Both the position numbers and the translations under genes were made by a program. 64,000 nt of DNA from Eledone cirrhosa. Lineage: Eukaryota. This document shows positions 47,701-59,442 of this stretch, in pieces (the stretch's first letter is position 1; each line of letters opens with the position of its first letter). The stretch covers positions 71,796,001 to 71,860,000 of the forward strand of contig OZ024740.1 of NCBI GenBank assembly GCA_964016885.1, written 5' to 3'. Below the pieces are notes generated by a model that saw only the letters and a program-made list of their open reading frames with translations, was not told the DNA's origin and searched no databases.

Positions 47701-47889
47701 CAATTGTTTCTACTTTTGGCACAAGGCCAGCAATTACTCAGTACATTACTGGTACTTTATTTTATCGACCGCGTAAGGATGAAAGGCAAAGTTAACCCTG
47801 GCGGGATTTGAACACAGTCCGTAAAGGGACGTAACTATGCTGCAAAGCATGGCGTCCGGCCCTCTACCGATACTGCCAATCCACCACCT
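47701..47889 (-). mobile_element. tRNA-derived SINE2 (Meta-domain-like body) with TSD AAATTTAAATAA
   Basis: A box TGGCAGTATCGG, B box GTTCAAATCC, body TTTGCCTTTCATCCTTAC..GGTCGATAAAATAAAGTACCAG. Confidence 0.8.
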
Positions 47890-48650
47890 AAATTTAAATA
47901 ATAAATGTATAATATGGTTGGTTGATCTCGCTGCATCAATTGAAGACAGTTGCTTCTGATAGGACCTGCTGGAAGATGTGTCTGAGGACTCTGCCTCCAA
48001 GACACTCTCAGGAATAAGTGGAAGAAGAAGAGAAAGAGAAGAAAAAAATAATAATTACGTTAGTGCGCTTTCATCAGCATTTTCTTTGGTAGCTTTAGTA
48101 ACAAACGAAGACAGGCAGGAATATGTTTGTTTGCACAGAGCCGTATCAAGTCTCCTCAGACGACTATCTGTAAAAAGAACATACACACACACATATTATC
48201 ATCATTTTATATCTACTTTTCCATGCTGGCATGGGTTGGACAGATCTAATCAGATCTAATATCCTATGAGATGGCTCATGAGACCATGGTGATGTCTGTT
48301 CTTCCTAAGAAGCCATGACAACCTCTCTAGTGATGGTATCATGATAAAATGCACCAAGTACAGTCTGTAAAGTGGATGCCATTAGAAACCGTATCAAAAA
48401 TGGTTGAGAGAACTCTTTAATCACATCAAGGGTATGACAACCTCTCTAACGCTGATATCACAATAAAATGCACCCAGTACACTGTAAAATGGATGCTGCT
48501 AGAAAGCTGTAGAAACCATGCCAGAATTGAAATTTATTTAGCAAGTAATTACTTTGTCTACACTGACCTGACCAAATAATTCCATTTTAGTGGGGCAGTA
48601 CTACTACTTTATGTCAAACAATAAAACAATAAAACAATTCCTTCTACAAC

Positions 48651-48883
48651 TTACAATTTGACAGAAGTTATCATATATATGATATTTACAGTTTGACAGA
48701 GGTTATCATATATATGATATTTACAGTTTGACAGAGGTTATCATATATATGATATTTACAGTTTGACAGAGGTTATCATATATATGATATTTACAGTTTG
48801 ACAGAGGTCATCATATATATGAATATTTACAGCTTGACAGAAGTTATCATATATATGATATTTACAGTTTGACAGAGGTTATC
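48651..48883. repeat. 35-bp minisatellite, ~6.5 copies
   Basis: Unit GATATTTACAGTTTGACAGAGGTTATCATATATAT; two more copies at 52626-52705. Confidence 0.92.
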
Positions 48884-49944
48884 TGTTAGACACGAAGTGA
48901 CTAACAACAGAATGTTTTAGTCACTTAGTGTTCTAACATATATGTGTAGATCGTCAATTTTCTTTTTCAAGGTCTGGCCGTTGTGATTACATGCAATTGG
49001 CTAATTTTCAACCAATCAGAGTAAGTGTTGCCCAAAAGCATCCGCCATGTTTTTTTGTTTGTTTTCCTAGTTCATTTATTTTTGTTATTTCGTCGTTATA
49101 TGAATTTTTAAAATTTATATTAACTATTTTTAAAACAAATGTAATATATTGACGTTAGGGTTAGGGGGTCAATAGATAAGATGAAAGTCTACCGTAAAAG
49201 TTTGTACAAATATTTTTTAATTTATCGTTTGTACAAAACGATTCTAAATTTTTGTTTGTAAACATTTTTTAAACACTTCAACATAGCGTATATTCATGTT
49301 CTGTAATGTCCCATTTTTGTGCGCCCTTGTGATATAAAGAAATATATCTTTGTATCTCGTTCCTCTTTATATATTGCAATCGAGTATAGGCAGAGTTCCG
49401 ATTATAATACAAACTGCACTTTGTAAATATTTGTAAAAATAATTTTTCTAAAAACATTGTAAAAATTTGTGTCAAGATCGGTCAAAAAAAATTTCAAATC
49501 GAATGTGTAATATTGATGTTTCAGTTAAAATGTATAAATACAGTTGAGAGACGAGTTATTTCCCTTTAATGCAACGTGAGCAGACGATAAATTATTGAAA
49601 AGGCTCAAATTTTCACTATTACACATTTGCATTATTGTCAGTATTAACTTTGCCTTTCATCTTTCGGGGTCGATAAAATAAAGTACCAGTAATACACTGT
49701 CACTATAAGTAGATGCTATTCAAATTGAATTCCAATTGTTGGTTCTATTTCTTTAGTAGTTTCATTTGCACTGTACTACATTTGTATACTTACAAAGCGT
49801 TAAAAAGTTAGCGACATCATTGGTAAGTTATACCTTCCTATTAAATAAACCTTTGCATTATTTCGCGTGCAATAGTACAAAAATTAAATGTTCTTTACAA
49901 GAAACAGGAATATATGTTTATTTAAAACAAAACTGATGCATCCG

Positions 49945-50028
<84 letters not shown>

Positions 50029-50214
50029 AGTACTGAGTGAGAGGGGGGAGGATAAATAGAAAAATATATGAATATATGTATATGCAAAGTTTTATTTAAA
50101 TTGTTGGGTTAACAACGAGTAAATATTTATAACTGATATAAAAGCACTCAACAAGTATTTGGAGTATATTTACGATATTAAATAAATGGAAACTATATTT
50201 ATAAAACCATATTT

Positions 50215-50278
50215 ATTTCATTATATATATTTCAGGGATATCATATTAAAAATATGTTATGCCTTCTTCAGACAAAAT
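50215..50278 (-). ncRNA. Type I hammerhead motif, mini-element H5 (approx. 50028-50302, TA-flanked)
   Basis: Stem I ATTTTGT/ATGAAAT; core CTGAAGA; 14-bp stem II with two mismatches; GAAA; palindromic ATATATAT; triplet AUA. Confidence 0.65.
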
Positions 50279-50315
50279 ACAATATAAACAGTCTTATAAA
50301 TAGTGTATATATATA

Positions 50316-50399
<84 letters not shown>

Positions 50400-50411
50400 A
50401 CATACACTCAA

Positions 50412-50445
<34 letters not shown>

Positions 50446-50521
50446 CCTAGCTGGCCTGTCGGGCTTGCGCCCGGCTAGGTATATTTATTAATATATATCA
50501 TGTTTAACTAGAGTTATTACA

Positions 50522-50898
50522 AGGCAGTATCGGTAGAGGATCGGACGCCATGCTTTCCAGCATAGTTACGTCCCTTTACGATCCGAGTTCAAATCCCGCC
50601 GAGGTTGACTTTGCCTTTCATCCTTACGATGTCGATAAAATAAAGTACCAGTAATGCACTGGGTATTTGCTGGCCTTGTGCCTAAAGTAGAAACAGTTAT
50701 TACAAGCGTTGCCTTAAAAAAAATTAAACTAGACATGAAAAATGAACAAGCTCAAAAGAGCCACAGAATGTTATAATAAACCTTCAAAAATATTGTAATC
50801 ATTATCTATCCCACCGAGGTTGACTTTGCCTTTCATCCTTACGGGGTCGATAAAATAAAGTACCAGTAATACACTGGTGCCAAAAGTAGAAACAATTA
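50522..50898 (+). mobile_element. SINE2 copy (50522-50700) and truncated copy (50810-50898)
   Basis: Homologous to 47701-47889. Confidence 0.8.
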
Positions 50899-51221
50899 TC
50901 TATCTGTGGAATCCTTTATAAAAATATCACAATAAATACAGCTATAAATAATTACGTAATATTATTATCATATACTCAGTCTCTTTTTTTATAAAATCTG
51001 TGGCAGATGAAAAAGGAACTCAAGACGACACGATAATTAATTAAGTGAATTTATAATATAGAATTCGGTTTAAGTGCATTTCGTATTAATCATTACTAAA
51101 CATCTAATATGAGATATTGGACATTAGCTTAAACCAACCATGCCTTTCTTTTTACACTATTTCACTTAGTTCATATAAAAATATGATTTACAACTATAAA
51201 ATAAATAAATAAATATAATAA

Positions 51222-51309
51222 CAGGGCTGCGGAGCCGAAATTTAGGAAATAATGGAGTATCGGATCCGGAGTTGGAGCCAGTCAATTTTTGGCCGACTCC
51301 GCAGCGCTG
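51222..51309. mobile_element. 88-bp MITE with ~16-bp TIRs and probable 8-bp TSD (hAT-like)
   Basis: CAGGGCTGCGGAGCCG...CGACTCCGCAGCGCTG; flanks TATAATAA / TATAATAC. Confidence 0.65.
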
Positions 51310-51628
51310 TATAATACATTTCATATTAAAGTTATTAATAAACCTATTTTACACTGCATGCAAATTACCATGAGATCATGATATTAGATATAAGATACAG
51401 CCGAATATCTACATCTGTAAAAGTACGAAAGCGAAGTAATGATAAATGGCTTAAGTTTGCAGTGATAAAAATTTGATGATACAATACGATTGTTAATGTT
51501 ATAGTTCGATGAAAATGTAACAATATATAACTAAATTATTTTAATATTAGTATATTTATAAAATTATCATTATAGATTTGATCGTTCATATAAGCATCAT
51601 ATTAATTTTCAACACAATTATTTTGTTA

Positions 51629-52096
51629 CTATGAGTATATGATAATAATTGTTTCTACTTTAGGCACAAGGCCAGCAATTAACCAGTGCATTACTGGTAC
51701 TTTATTTTATCGACCCCGTAAGGATGAAAGGCAAAGTCAACCTCGGCGGGATTTGAACTCAGAACGTTAAGGGACGTAACTATGCTATGTATATGATAAT
51801 AATTGTTTCTACGTTAGGCACAAGGCCAGCAATTAATCAGTGTATTACTGGTACTTTATTTTATCGACCCCGTAAGGATGAAAGGCAAAGTTAACCTCGG
51901 CTATGTATATGATAATAATTGTTTCTACGTTTGGCACAAGGCCAGCAATGACCCAGTGCATTACTGGTACTTTATTTTATCGACCCCGTAAGGATGAAAG
52001 GCAAAGTTAACCTCAGCGGGATTTGAACTCAGAATGGCAAGGGCTGTAACTCTTTGCGTCTAAGCATGGCGTCCGACCCTCTACTGATACTGCCAC
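51629..52096 (-). mobile_element. Three tandem SINE2 units amplified together with flank CTATG.TATATGATAAT
   Basis: Units start at ~51629, 51785 and 51901; only the last keeps the tRNA head. Confidence 0.82.
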
Positions 52097-52284
52097 GTAA
52101 TTATTTATAGCTGTTATTACATTAAACATAGTTGTATTTATTGATATTTTTATAAAGGATGCCACAGGTTGTACGATAGATAATGATTACAATATTTTTG
52201 AGTAACAACTCTAGTCCCCACACTTTTGAAGGTTTATTATAACATTCTGTGGCTCTTTTGAGCTTGTGCATTTTTCATGTCTAG

Positions 52285-52624
52285 TCATCATCATCATTTC
52301 ATTTTACGTCCGCTTTTTCCCTGCTTGCAAGGGTGGGACGGGAACTGATGCTGGCTTGATTTCTACAGCTGGATGCCCTTCCTAACACCAACCTCATTTA
52401 CAGTGAGTGCTGGGTGCTTTTTTGCCGTGGCACCTCCACGACCACTTTGCAGTGGAATGTTAAGGACCTCAGTCCCTATTATCTCATTTCTACAGCTGAG
52501 TAAACTGGAGCAATGTGAAATAAAGTGTCTTGCTCAAGGAAACAACACATCACCCGGTCTGAGAATTGAACTCACAACCTTTCGATTGCAAGGCCAATAT
52601 TCTAACCACTAACCCATGTGCCTC
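52285..52624 (-). mobile_element. Full-length SINE1
   Basis: Matches 417-764. Confidence 0.88.
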
Positions 52625-53071
52625 TCATATATATGATATTTACAGTTTGACAGAGGTCATCATATATATGATATTTACAGTTTCACAGAGGTTATCGTAT
52701 ATATGACACTTCAAAATGAGGTATAGGTTGGAACGAGGAAGGGCATGCAGCCATTGTGTGAACTGCCTCAAAAACGTCTAGTCCAACCTATGTCAGCATT
52801 AAAAGTGGATGTAAAAACCACAATGATGATGATATATTCAAACACATCAGTGGAGCTGTTGTAAGTCTATACTGGTTACAAGTTAGAAACATTATCTGAT
52901 GATATACAATAGTAAGATAATTTATTTTATATATATATATTGATAAGAGGCAGTTACTTGCAATATAAGTTTCACCAAGTGACCAATCTCAACTGTGATT
53001 GTGATCATCCACTTAGTGAAACTTGTGAATGAGGTTTGCCAAGCATGAAATCTATACAAGACAAGTGTACT

Positions 53072-53450
53072 CATCATTTTATGTCCACTTTTCCCTGCTT
53101 GCAAGGGTGGGACGGGAACTGATTCTGGCTTGATTTCTACAGCTGGATGCCCTTCCTAACACCAACCTCATTTACAGTGAGTGCTGGGTGCTTTTTTTTC
53201 CGTGGCACCTACACGCCCACTTTACAGTGTGGGCTGGGTGCTTTTTTTGCCGTGGCACCTCCACGACCACTTTGTAGTGGAATGATAGGGACCCCAGTCC
53301 CCATTATCTCATTTCTACAGCTGAGTAAAATGGAGCAATGTGAAATAAAGTGTCTTGCTCAAGGAAAGAACACATCACCCGGTCTGAGAATTGAACTCAC
53401 AACCTTTCGATTGCAAGGCCAATGCTCTAACCACTAAGCCATGTGCCTCC
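53072..53450 (-). mobile_element. Full-length SINE1, long variant with an extra ~50-nt module
   Basis: Extra CGTGGCACCTACACGCCCACTTTACAGTGTGGGCTGGGTGC is also present in the RTE-C 3' UTR. Confidence 0.88.
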
Positions 53451-53879
53451 ATGTACTGTTTGTGTATTCTTGTAAATTCTCAATGCACCCACCTTCTGCT
53501 TTATATCATATATTTTATGTTACTAATTCTTTAATAAATTAAAATGTTAAGTCAGCAGCTTTCTGATAGGTTTGTCATTGAACCCATATAACAGAGGAGA
53601 CTTCTGGCACTCTTGGTCCCTGAACCACTTCCTTGCTGATTGCTATCAGTGCAGAGTTGATCACCTGCAAGAGTGAGTCCTGTGAGTTGGAATGGCTATT
53701 TCAATGCGTATTCCTCGCTTTCTTCTAGGGTAACGCTTTCTCCATTCCGAACACTGGGACCATAAAGTGGCTTGTGCCTGGGCTGTGCACACCAGAGTGC
53801 ATTTCCCCACACTGTCTGGAATTGTATCATTGTAGTAGTGATGGTGTAGGGTGCAAATATGTATGATATCTTGACACTA

Positions 53880-54420
53880 GGCAATAATTGTAGGAGCTGG
53901 TACAGAATGTGTCAGCTTCAGCATTTGGTCATCAGAAGAAGGGAGGTAGGTGTAAAAACCAAATTCACTACCTTCAATTCGGTATTTGTACCAACCCTTA
54001 CATATGGTCATGAATCTTGGGTAATGACCGAAAGAATACGTTCATGAATACAAGCAGCCAAAATAGGGTTCCTCCAAAGAGTCTTTGGAGTAACATTACT
54101 CGATTGAGTGCATAGCTTGGAAATCAGGGAGTCACTCTAGGTAAAGCTGCTACACCAAAGCTCCGATATTACAGTCATATGGTCAGAATGTCTAAGGAGA
54201 GAAACCCCGGACTAATTTTATGAGTAAAACAGCAGGCAAGAAAGCCAAGGGTAGAATCTGAGCAAGCTGGTTGGATAACATCCATGAACTCAGTTGGTTT
54301 CACTTGGGGATCAAGCCAGATCAAGTGGAGACAGTTGCTTCTGAAAGGACTTTCTGGAAGGTGTGTTTGAAGACTCTAATCCCATGACCCTCTCAGGGAT
54401 AAGTGGGCAAAGAAGAAGAG
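53880..54420 (+). pseudogene. Old decayed RTE of Expander/Rex3 type, 3' part
   Basis: FVPTLTYGHESWVMTERIRS peptide with many stops; its 3' end recurs at 47945-48030. Confidence 0.75.
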
Positions 54421-54494
54421 ATCTGTTGATACACTTAACAGAGTTTCTTACATTAAAGTATGCAAGTTTTTTTTTAGATAAATTCTGAAATAAT

Positions 54495-54678
54495 TGTTTC
54501 TACTTTTGGCACAAGGCCAGCAATTATCCAGTGCATTACTGGTACTTTATTTTATTGACCCCGTAAGGATGAAAGGCAAAGTTAACCTCGGCGGGATTTG
54601 AACTCAAACCATAAAGGGGCGTAACTCTTTGCTGCAAAGCATAGCGTCAGACCCTCTACCGATACTGCCAATCCACCT
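54495..54678 (-). mobile_element. SINE2 with TSD CTGAAATAAT
   Basis: TSD at 54485-54494 and 54679-54688. Confidence 0.85.
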
Positions 54679-55629
54679 CTGAAATAATACAATGTCACGT
54701 GATTGTAAAGTGAAGAAGAGCAACAAAAAGCATTTGAAATGAAGGAAGAGAGAAGGTTAATTTTTTTTCTTCTGGAATGTACCATTTAGTCTAAAGACTG
54801 ATTGTTTCTTCAGTTGTATGTTTCAAATGTTAAATAGTTGGTGGTATACACACACACACATATGCATACATATAAACAGGCACATGCACCTGTATGTTTG
54901 GAGTGGATAAAGCTTGTAGAATATACAGGGCTGTGATTAAATATAGTGAAACATTTAATTTGTTGCTTCATGTGGGTTTGCTATTCATTACTGATAGATA
55001 TATATCTCTCTCTGGATACTAAGTTAAACAGGAAATATATTAAATGACCCAGTATGCATGAAAAATTACCACATATACCCAAATATAGCCTAATCGCCTA
55101 TTTTATGTCTGAGAAATGGGCAAAAATACAAACCCCATTTATAAGCTGAGGTAGCTAATCAACACATTATGTTTAGATGGCACAGTTTTGAAATTCTCAT
55201 GAGTATATCTATGAAGTTTTAATATTTTGATATTTAAGATGTTTTAAATGTTGTTTAGAGTAAAGTTTTTGTTTCACAATTCCATTATGTAATGCTTCTT
55301 TTACCAATTTCCAACCGTTTTGAAGGCCATGTTCATTTTCAAAACATTTCAAAACCGTTGTAAAATTCATTTCCAAAGCAAAAATACTTTAGCACCTCAT
55401 TTACATAGAATTTGAAGTTGGTGAAAATCATCAAAATATTGACCTCAAATATAAGCTAACCCAACCCCCATTTTACCATCAAATTTTTGTCACATATTTC
55501 TCAGTTTATATACAAGTAGATATTGTAAATATTAAAACAATTTAGAGAATGTGAGAGGTTATAAATAGTTCAAACCAATAAAAATATCTCATCCAATTCA
55601 ACAGATTTATTTCATATTCTCTGCAGGAT

Positions 55630-56185
55630 GTGATCTCATCAGGGAAGTGGCCTTGCTGGATATGTAGAAAAGGAGTTGGCAGAAACTTTATACAATGTAC
55701 ACAATGCAAATTTTGGGTACACAAGAGGTCTAGTGCGATATTAAGCAGATTAACAGGAAAGGTAGATTTCATATGTGGCAGATAATCAGTTATAGTTAGT
55801 AGTAAGAAGATGAGTGAAATAACTTTCCCTAATCACAGGAAGGGTCCTTAGAAGTAATTGATAGCTTCTGCCTACTAGATGTTCTAATTAGCATTGGAGG
55901 TGGGTGTTCTGAGAGCATAGTAGCTAGAAGAAGAACAAGATATACGAGTAATTATATGTAGTGTGCAAGAGAGAAGACTGCACTGGTATAGACATTGTTG
56001 AGGGAAGAAGTGTCAAGAAATTCCAGTGAAAGAAAGCTGCAATAGCAGAAGTGGGGAGAACTGACTCCAGCTTGCTGAAGCTCACAGAGATGATAAAGAA
56101 GCATGACCAGTGGAGGGATGCTGTGCTGAAAAAGACCTATAAAAGCATAGAAAAGCAAACGTAGAATAGTGATGATAATGATTAT
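55630..56185 (+). pseudogene. Highly decayed PHD-RTE fragment
   Basis: [41 protein letters not shown] and CSVQERRLHWY remnants. Confidence 0.7.
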
Positions 56186-56439
56186 ACACACACACACATG
56201 TATATATACACAAAATAACTGAGACTGCGTAAATGTATATAAATGTATACATATTTTTGTATAGACATGTAAACACCACAAAAATGGCACTACAACGGAA
56301 TTGGATGTCATAAATTTATTCACGCAGTCTCGATTACTTTTATTCTGCATGTATACAGATACAACTTTATTGTACACAAACTAATATATTTCTTCCTTGT
56401 ACTGTGTTGTTTGCTTTGTTTACACACACCCATACATAA

Positions 56440-56471
<32 letters not shown>

Positions 56472-56473
<2 letters not shown>

Positions 56474-56569
56474 CAAAGGTGTGGTAAGATACCAGGTGGA
56501 CCATAAAGCACCAGAGTACTCGATACTTAAGGCCAGAGCTCAGCAGTCGAGGTCCTGACTCTTTTCTTA
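56472..56569. mobile_element. Tiny rearranged H2-family fragment
   Basis: Homologous to 8740-8805, followed by an inverted GAGCTCAGCAGTCGAGGTC stem III piece; TA-flanked. Confidence 0.6.
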
Positions 56570-56579
56570 TATATATATA

Positions 56580-59414
56580 TGGATCAATAAGACAATAGAG
56601 GTAGTTCGAGTTAGTAATCGAATAATTAAGCTTAGATTAGTTGTAGGTAGGAGACTACTGACAATCATCTCGGTCTATGCTCCCCAAGCAGGCCTAGGCA
56701 AAGATGAGAAAGACTGCTTTTATGAGCAACTTTTGCAAACAACCACAATGACAGAGGACGGAGACATCGTTATGCTAGCAGGAGACTTCAATGGTCATGT
56801 TGGACAGCTCCAGGATGGTTACACTGGGGTACATGGTGGGTACGGTTACGGTTCAAGAAATGAAGAAGGAGTGAGACTTCTTGAATTTTGTGATGCAAGT
56901 ACATTGACTATTTGCAACACAAACTTCCAGAAACCTGCCAATCACCTAATAACCTACAAATCTGGTGAGCACATAAGCCAGATTGACTTCCTGCTAGTTA
57001 GGCAGCGGGACAGGCAGATAGTGTCTAATACCAAGGCATACCCTGGGGAAGAATGTACCCCACAGCATAGGTTAGTTGTTAGTGATATCTCAGTAAGCAA
57101 GAGATGGAATGAGACATATAGGAAGGTGTGGAGAAGAAAGGTCTGGAAGCTAAAAGACCTTTCACTAAAATTCAAATTTAGGAAAGCCCTTCAAGATGTA
57201 TATGACGAAAAAGAAGACAATTTAGAGACGTATGACATAGATAATAACTGGAAGTTCTTACGTGACAACTTGCTGCAGACTACTGATGAAACCTGTGGCT
57301 GGAGCAGAGCTCCAACCAGACAGAGAGTGACCTGGTGGTGGAACAGCACAGTAGATAAGGCTATTAGAGACAAAAGACTAGCATGGAAGGCTTGGAAAAA
57401 GGGTGGGAGTAGGGAAGAATATACAGCCACTAAGAGAGAAGCTAGACGTCAGGTGTACTTAGCACGCAGGGAGGCAGGGAGTAGGAGGTTTGCCAATGTT
57501 CTGCGACGGGAAGATCAGAGGCGTGCGGTGTTCCACATTGCAAGGCAGTGTGTCAATGCAAATCAGGATGTTGTTGGTGATAAATGTGTCCGGGATGATG
57601 CCGGTGTACTTAGTGTCACGAATGACCAGAAAAAGGAGGCCTGGAAATGTCATTATGAGAGACTGATGAATGTGGAGAACGAATGGGAGAGAGAGAAATT
57701 ACCCTTGGTAGATCCGACAGAGGGACCAGCTATTGAGATTGACGAATATAGGGTCCAAGAGGCGATTAGGGAAATGAAAAATGGTAAGGCGGCCGGACCA
57801 TCGGGAATAGTTGCTGAGATGCTGAAGGCATCAGGGGACGTAGGCACTAAACTGGTTGCACGCATCATCAATCAGGCTATATATGGTGGTGTCATACCCA
57901 AAGACTGGTGCAGCAGTATTCTCATAAATTGCTACAAAGGTAAAGGGGATGCTTTGGAGAGGAGCAATTATAGGGGTATAAAACTGATAGATCAGGTTAT
58001 GAAAGTGGCAGAAAGGATTTTAGCACAACTAATTAGAGAAAGGGTCAAACTAGATGAGATGCAGTTTGGTTTTGTGCCTGGGAAGAGTACAACAGATGCC
58101 CTCTTCTTGGTGAGACAATTGCAAGAGAGGTTCTTAGAGAAGAATAAGCCACTATACTTAGCCTTTGTTGACCTAGAGAAGGCCTTTGATAGGGTACCCC
58201 GATCTGTCATCTGGTGGTCCCTAAGGAAGCTGGGTGTTGAGGAATGGCTTGTGAGGACAGTGCAAACTTTGTACAGAGGTACTCTCAGTAAAGTCAGGGT
58301 AGGAATGGAGTTTAGTGAGGAATTCCAGATACAAGTAGGAGTACATCAGGGTTCGGTCCTCAGCCCGCTCTTGTTCATTATAGTCCTCCAAGCCATAACA
58401 GAGGAGTTTAAGACTGGCTGTCCATGGGAACTTCTCTATGCTGACGATCTGGCTCTTATGGCAGAATCAGTAGAGGAGCTAGAGAATAAATTCCGGCTAT
58501 GGAAACAGCAGTTGGAAGCAAGAGGACTGAGAGTAAATCTAGCTAAGACAAAAGTGTTGATGAGTAGAAAAGAGGACAAAACCCTGATTCCGTCAGGGAA
58601 ATGGCCATGTTCGATATGCAGAAAAGGAACTGGCATAAATTCTATAAAATGCACACAATGCAGGTCCTGGGTACACAAGAGATGTAGCGGGATAGCAGGC
58701 AAACTAACAGGTAGGGAGAAATATGTATGCAGTAGATGTACAGGGAAATTAGACAGTAGAAGTCGCACTGATAGACACATTTTTCAAATGCGAGAGGGCG
58801 CTATAGAAGTGGTGGATAGCTTCCGGTACCTAGGAGATCAGATTAGCATGGGAGGAGGGTGTTCCGAGGCCATAGTATCTAGAATAAGGACGGGTTGGAA
58901 GAAGTTTAGGGAGCTGCTTCCTCTGTTGACGAAGAAGGGTTTCTCCCTGCGTACGAAAGGCCGGTTGTATGATGCCTGTGTGAGGAGCGCGATACTGCAT
59001 GGTAGTGAGACATGGGCAGCAACCGCAGAGGATATGCAACGGCTGGAGAGAAATGAGGCAAGCATGCTCCGTTGGATGTGCAGTGTAAATGTGCGTGAAC
59101 GACCCAGCATAAATGTGTTGAGAGAGAAACTGTGTCCGAGAGGGATAGAATGTAGTGTACGGGAGAGGAGACTGAGGTGGTATGGACATGTGATGCGCAT
59201 GGAGGATGACCGATGGGTGAAGAAGTGCCAGAAAATGCCAGTTGAAGGAAGACGTGGTAGAGGTAGACCACGAAAAACATGGGCAGAGGTGGTGAGAACA
59301 GACCTCAGATCATTGAAGCTCACGGTGGAGATGACGAGGGACCGTGACGAGTGGAGAGATGCTGTGCTGAATAAGACCCGTCCCACCCTTGCAAGCAGGG
59401 AAAAGCGGACGTAA
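56580..59414 (+). CDS. Uninterrupted partial RTE-B polyprotein frame (APE, RT, PHD finger); lacks N-terminus
   Basis: Frame open from WINKTIEVVRVSNRII through SVYAPQ, GDFNGH and YADD to REKRT*. Confidence 0.85.
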   Translation, partial: WINKTIEVVRVSNRIIKLRLVVGRRLLTIISVYAPQAGLGKDEKDCFYEQLLQTTTMTEDGDIVMLAGDFNGHVGQLQDGYTGVHGGYGYGSRNEEGVRLLEFCDASTLTICNTNFQKPANHLITYKSGEHISQIDFLLVRQRDRQIVSNTKAYPGEECTPQHRLVVSDISVSKRWNETYRKVWRRKVWKLKDLSLKFKFRKALQDVYDEKEDNLETYDIDNNWKFLRDNLLQTTDETCGWSRAPTRQRVTWWWNSTVDKAIRDKRLAWKAWKKGGSREEYTATKREARRQVYLARREAGSRRFANVLRREDQRRAVFHIARQCVNANQDVVGDKCVRDDAGVLSVTNDQKKEAWKCHYERLMNVENEWEREKLPLVDPTEGPAIEIDEYRVQEAIREMKNGKAAGPSGIVAEMLKASGDVGTKLVARIINQAIYGGVIPKDWCSSILINCYKGKGDALERSNYRGIKLIDQVMKVAERILAQLIRERVKLDEMQFGFVPGKSTTDALFLVRQLQERFLEKNKPLYLAFVDLEKAFDRVPRSVIWWSLRKLGVEEWLVRTVQTLYRGTLSKVRVGMEFSEEFQIQVGVHQGSVLSPLLFIIVLQAITEEFKTGCPWELLYADDLALMAESVEELENKFRLWKQQLEARGLRVNLAKTKVLMSRKEDKTLIPSGKWPCSICRKGTGINSIKCTQCRSWVHKRCSGIAGKLTGREKYVCSRCTGKLDSRSRTDRHIFQMREGAIEVVDSFRYLGDQISMGGGCSEAIVSRIRTGWKKFRELLPLLTKKGFSLRTKGRLYDACVRSAILHGSETWAATAEDMQRLERNEASMLRWMCSVNVRERPSINVLREKLCPRGIECSVRERRLRWYGHVMRMEDDRWVKKCQKMPVEGRRGRGRPRKTWAEVVRTDLRSLKLTVEMTRDRDEWRDAVLNKTRPTLASREKRT

Positions 59415-59435
59415 AATGATGATGATGATGATGAT
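56580..59435 (+). mobile_element. Young RTE-B LINE, 5'-truncated within the endonuclease
   Basis: Starts at a TA tract; (GAT)n tail directly after the stop codon. Confidence 0.95.
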
Positions 59436-59442
59436 ATATACA

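Noticed and set aside
48651-48883. CRISPR-like 35-bp periodicity
   Set aside because: No unique spacers, no cas genes, eukaryotic context
49154-49166. Two TTAGGG telomere-like units
   Set aside because: Too short; likely part of an old transposon or chance
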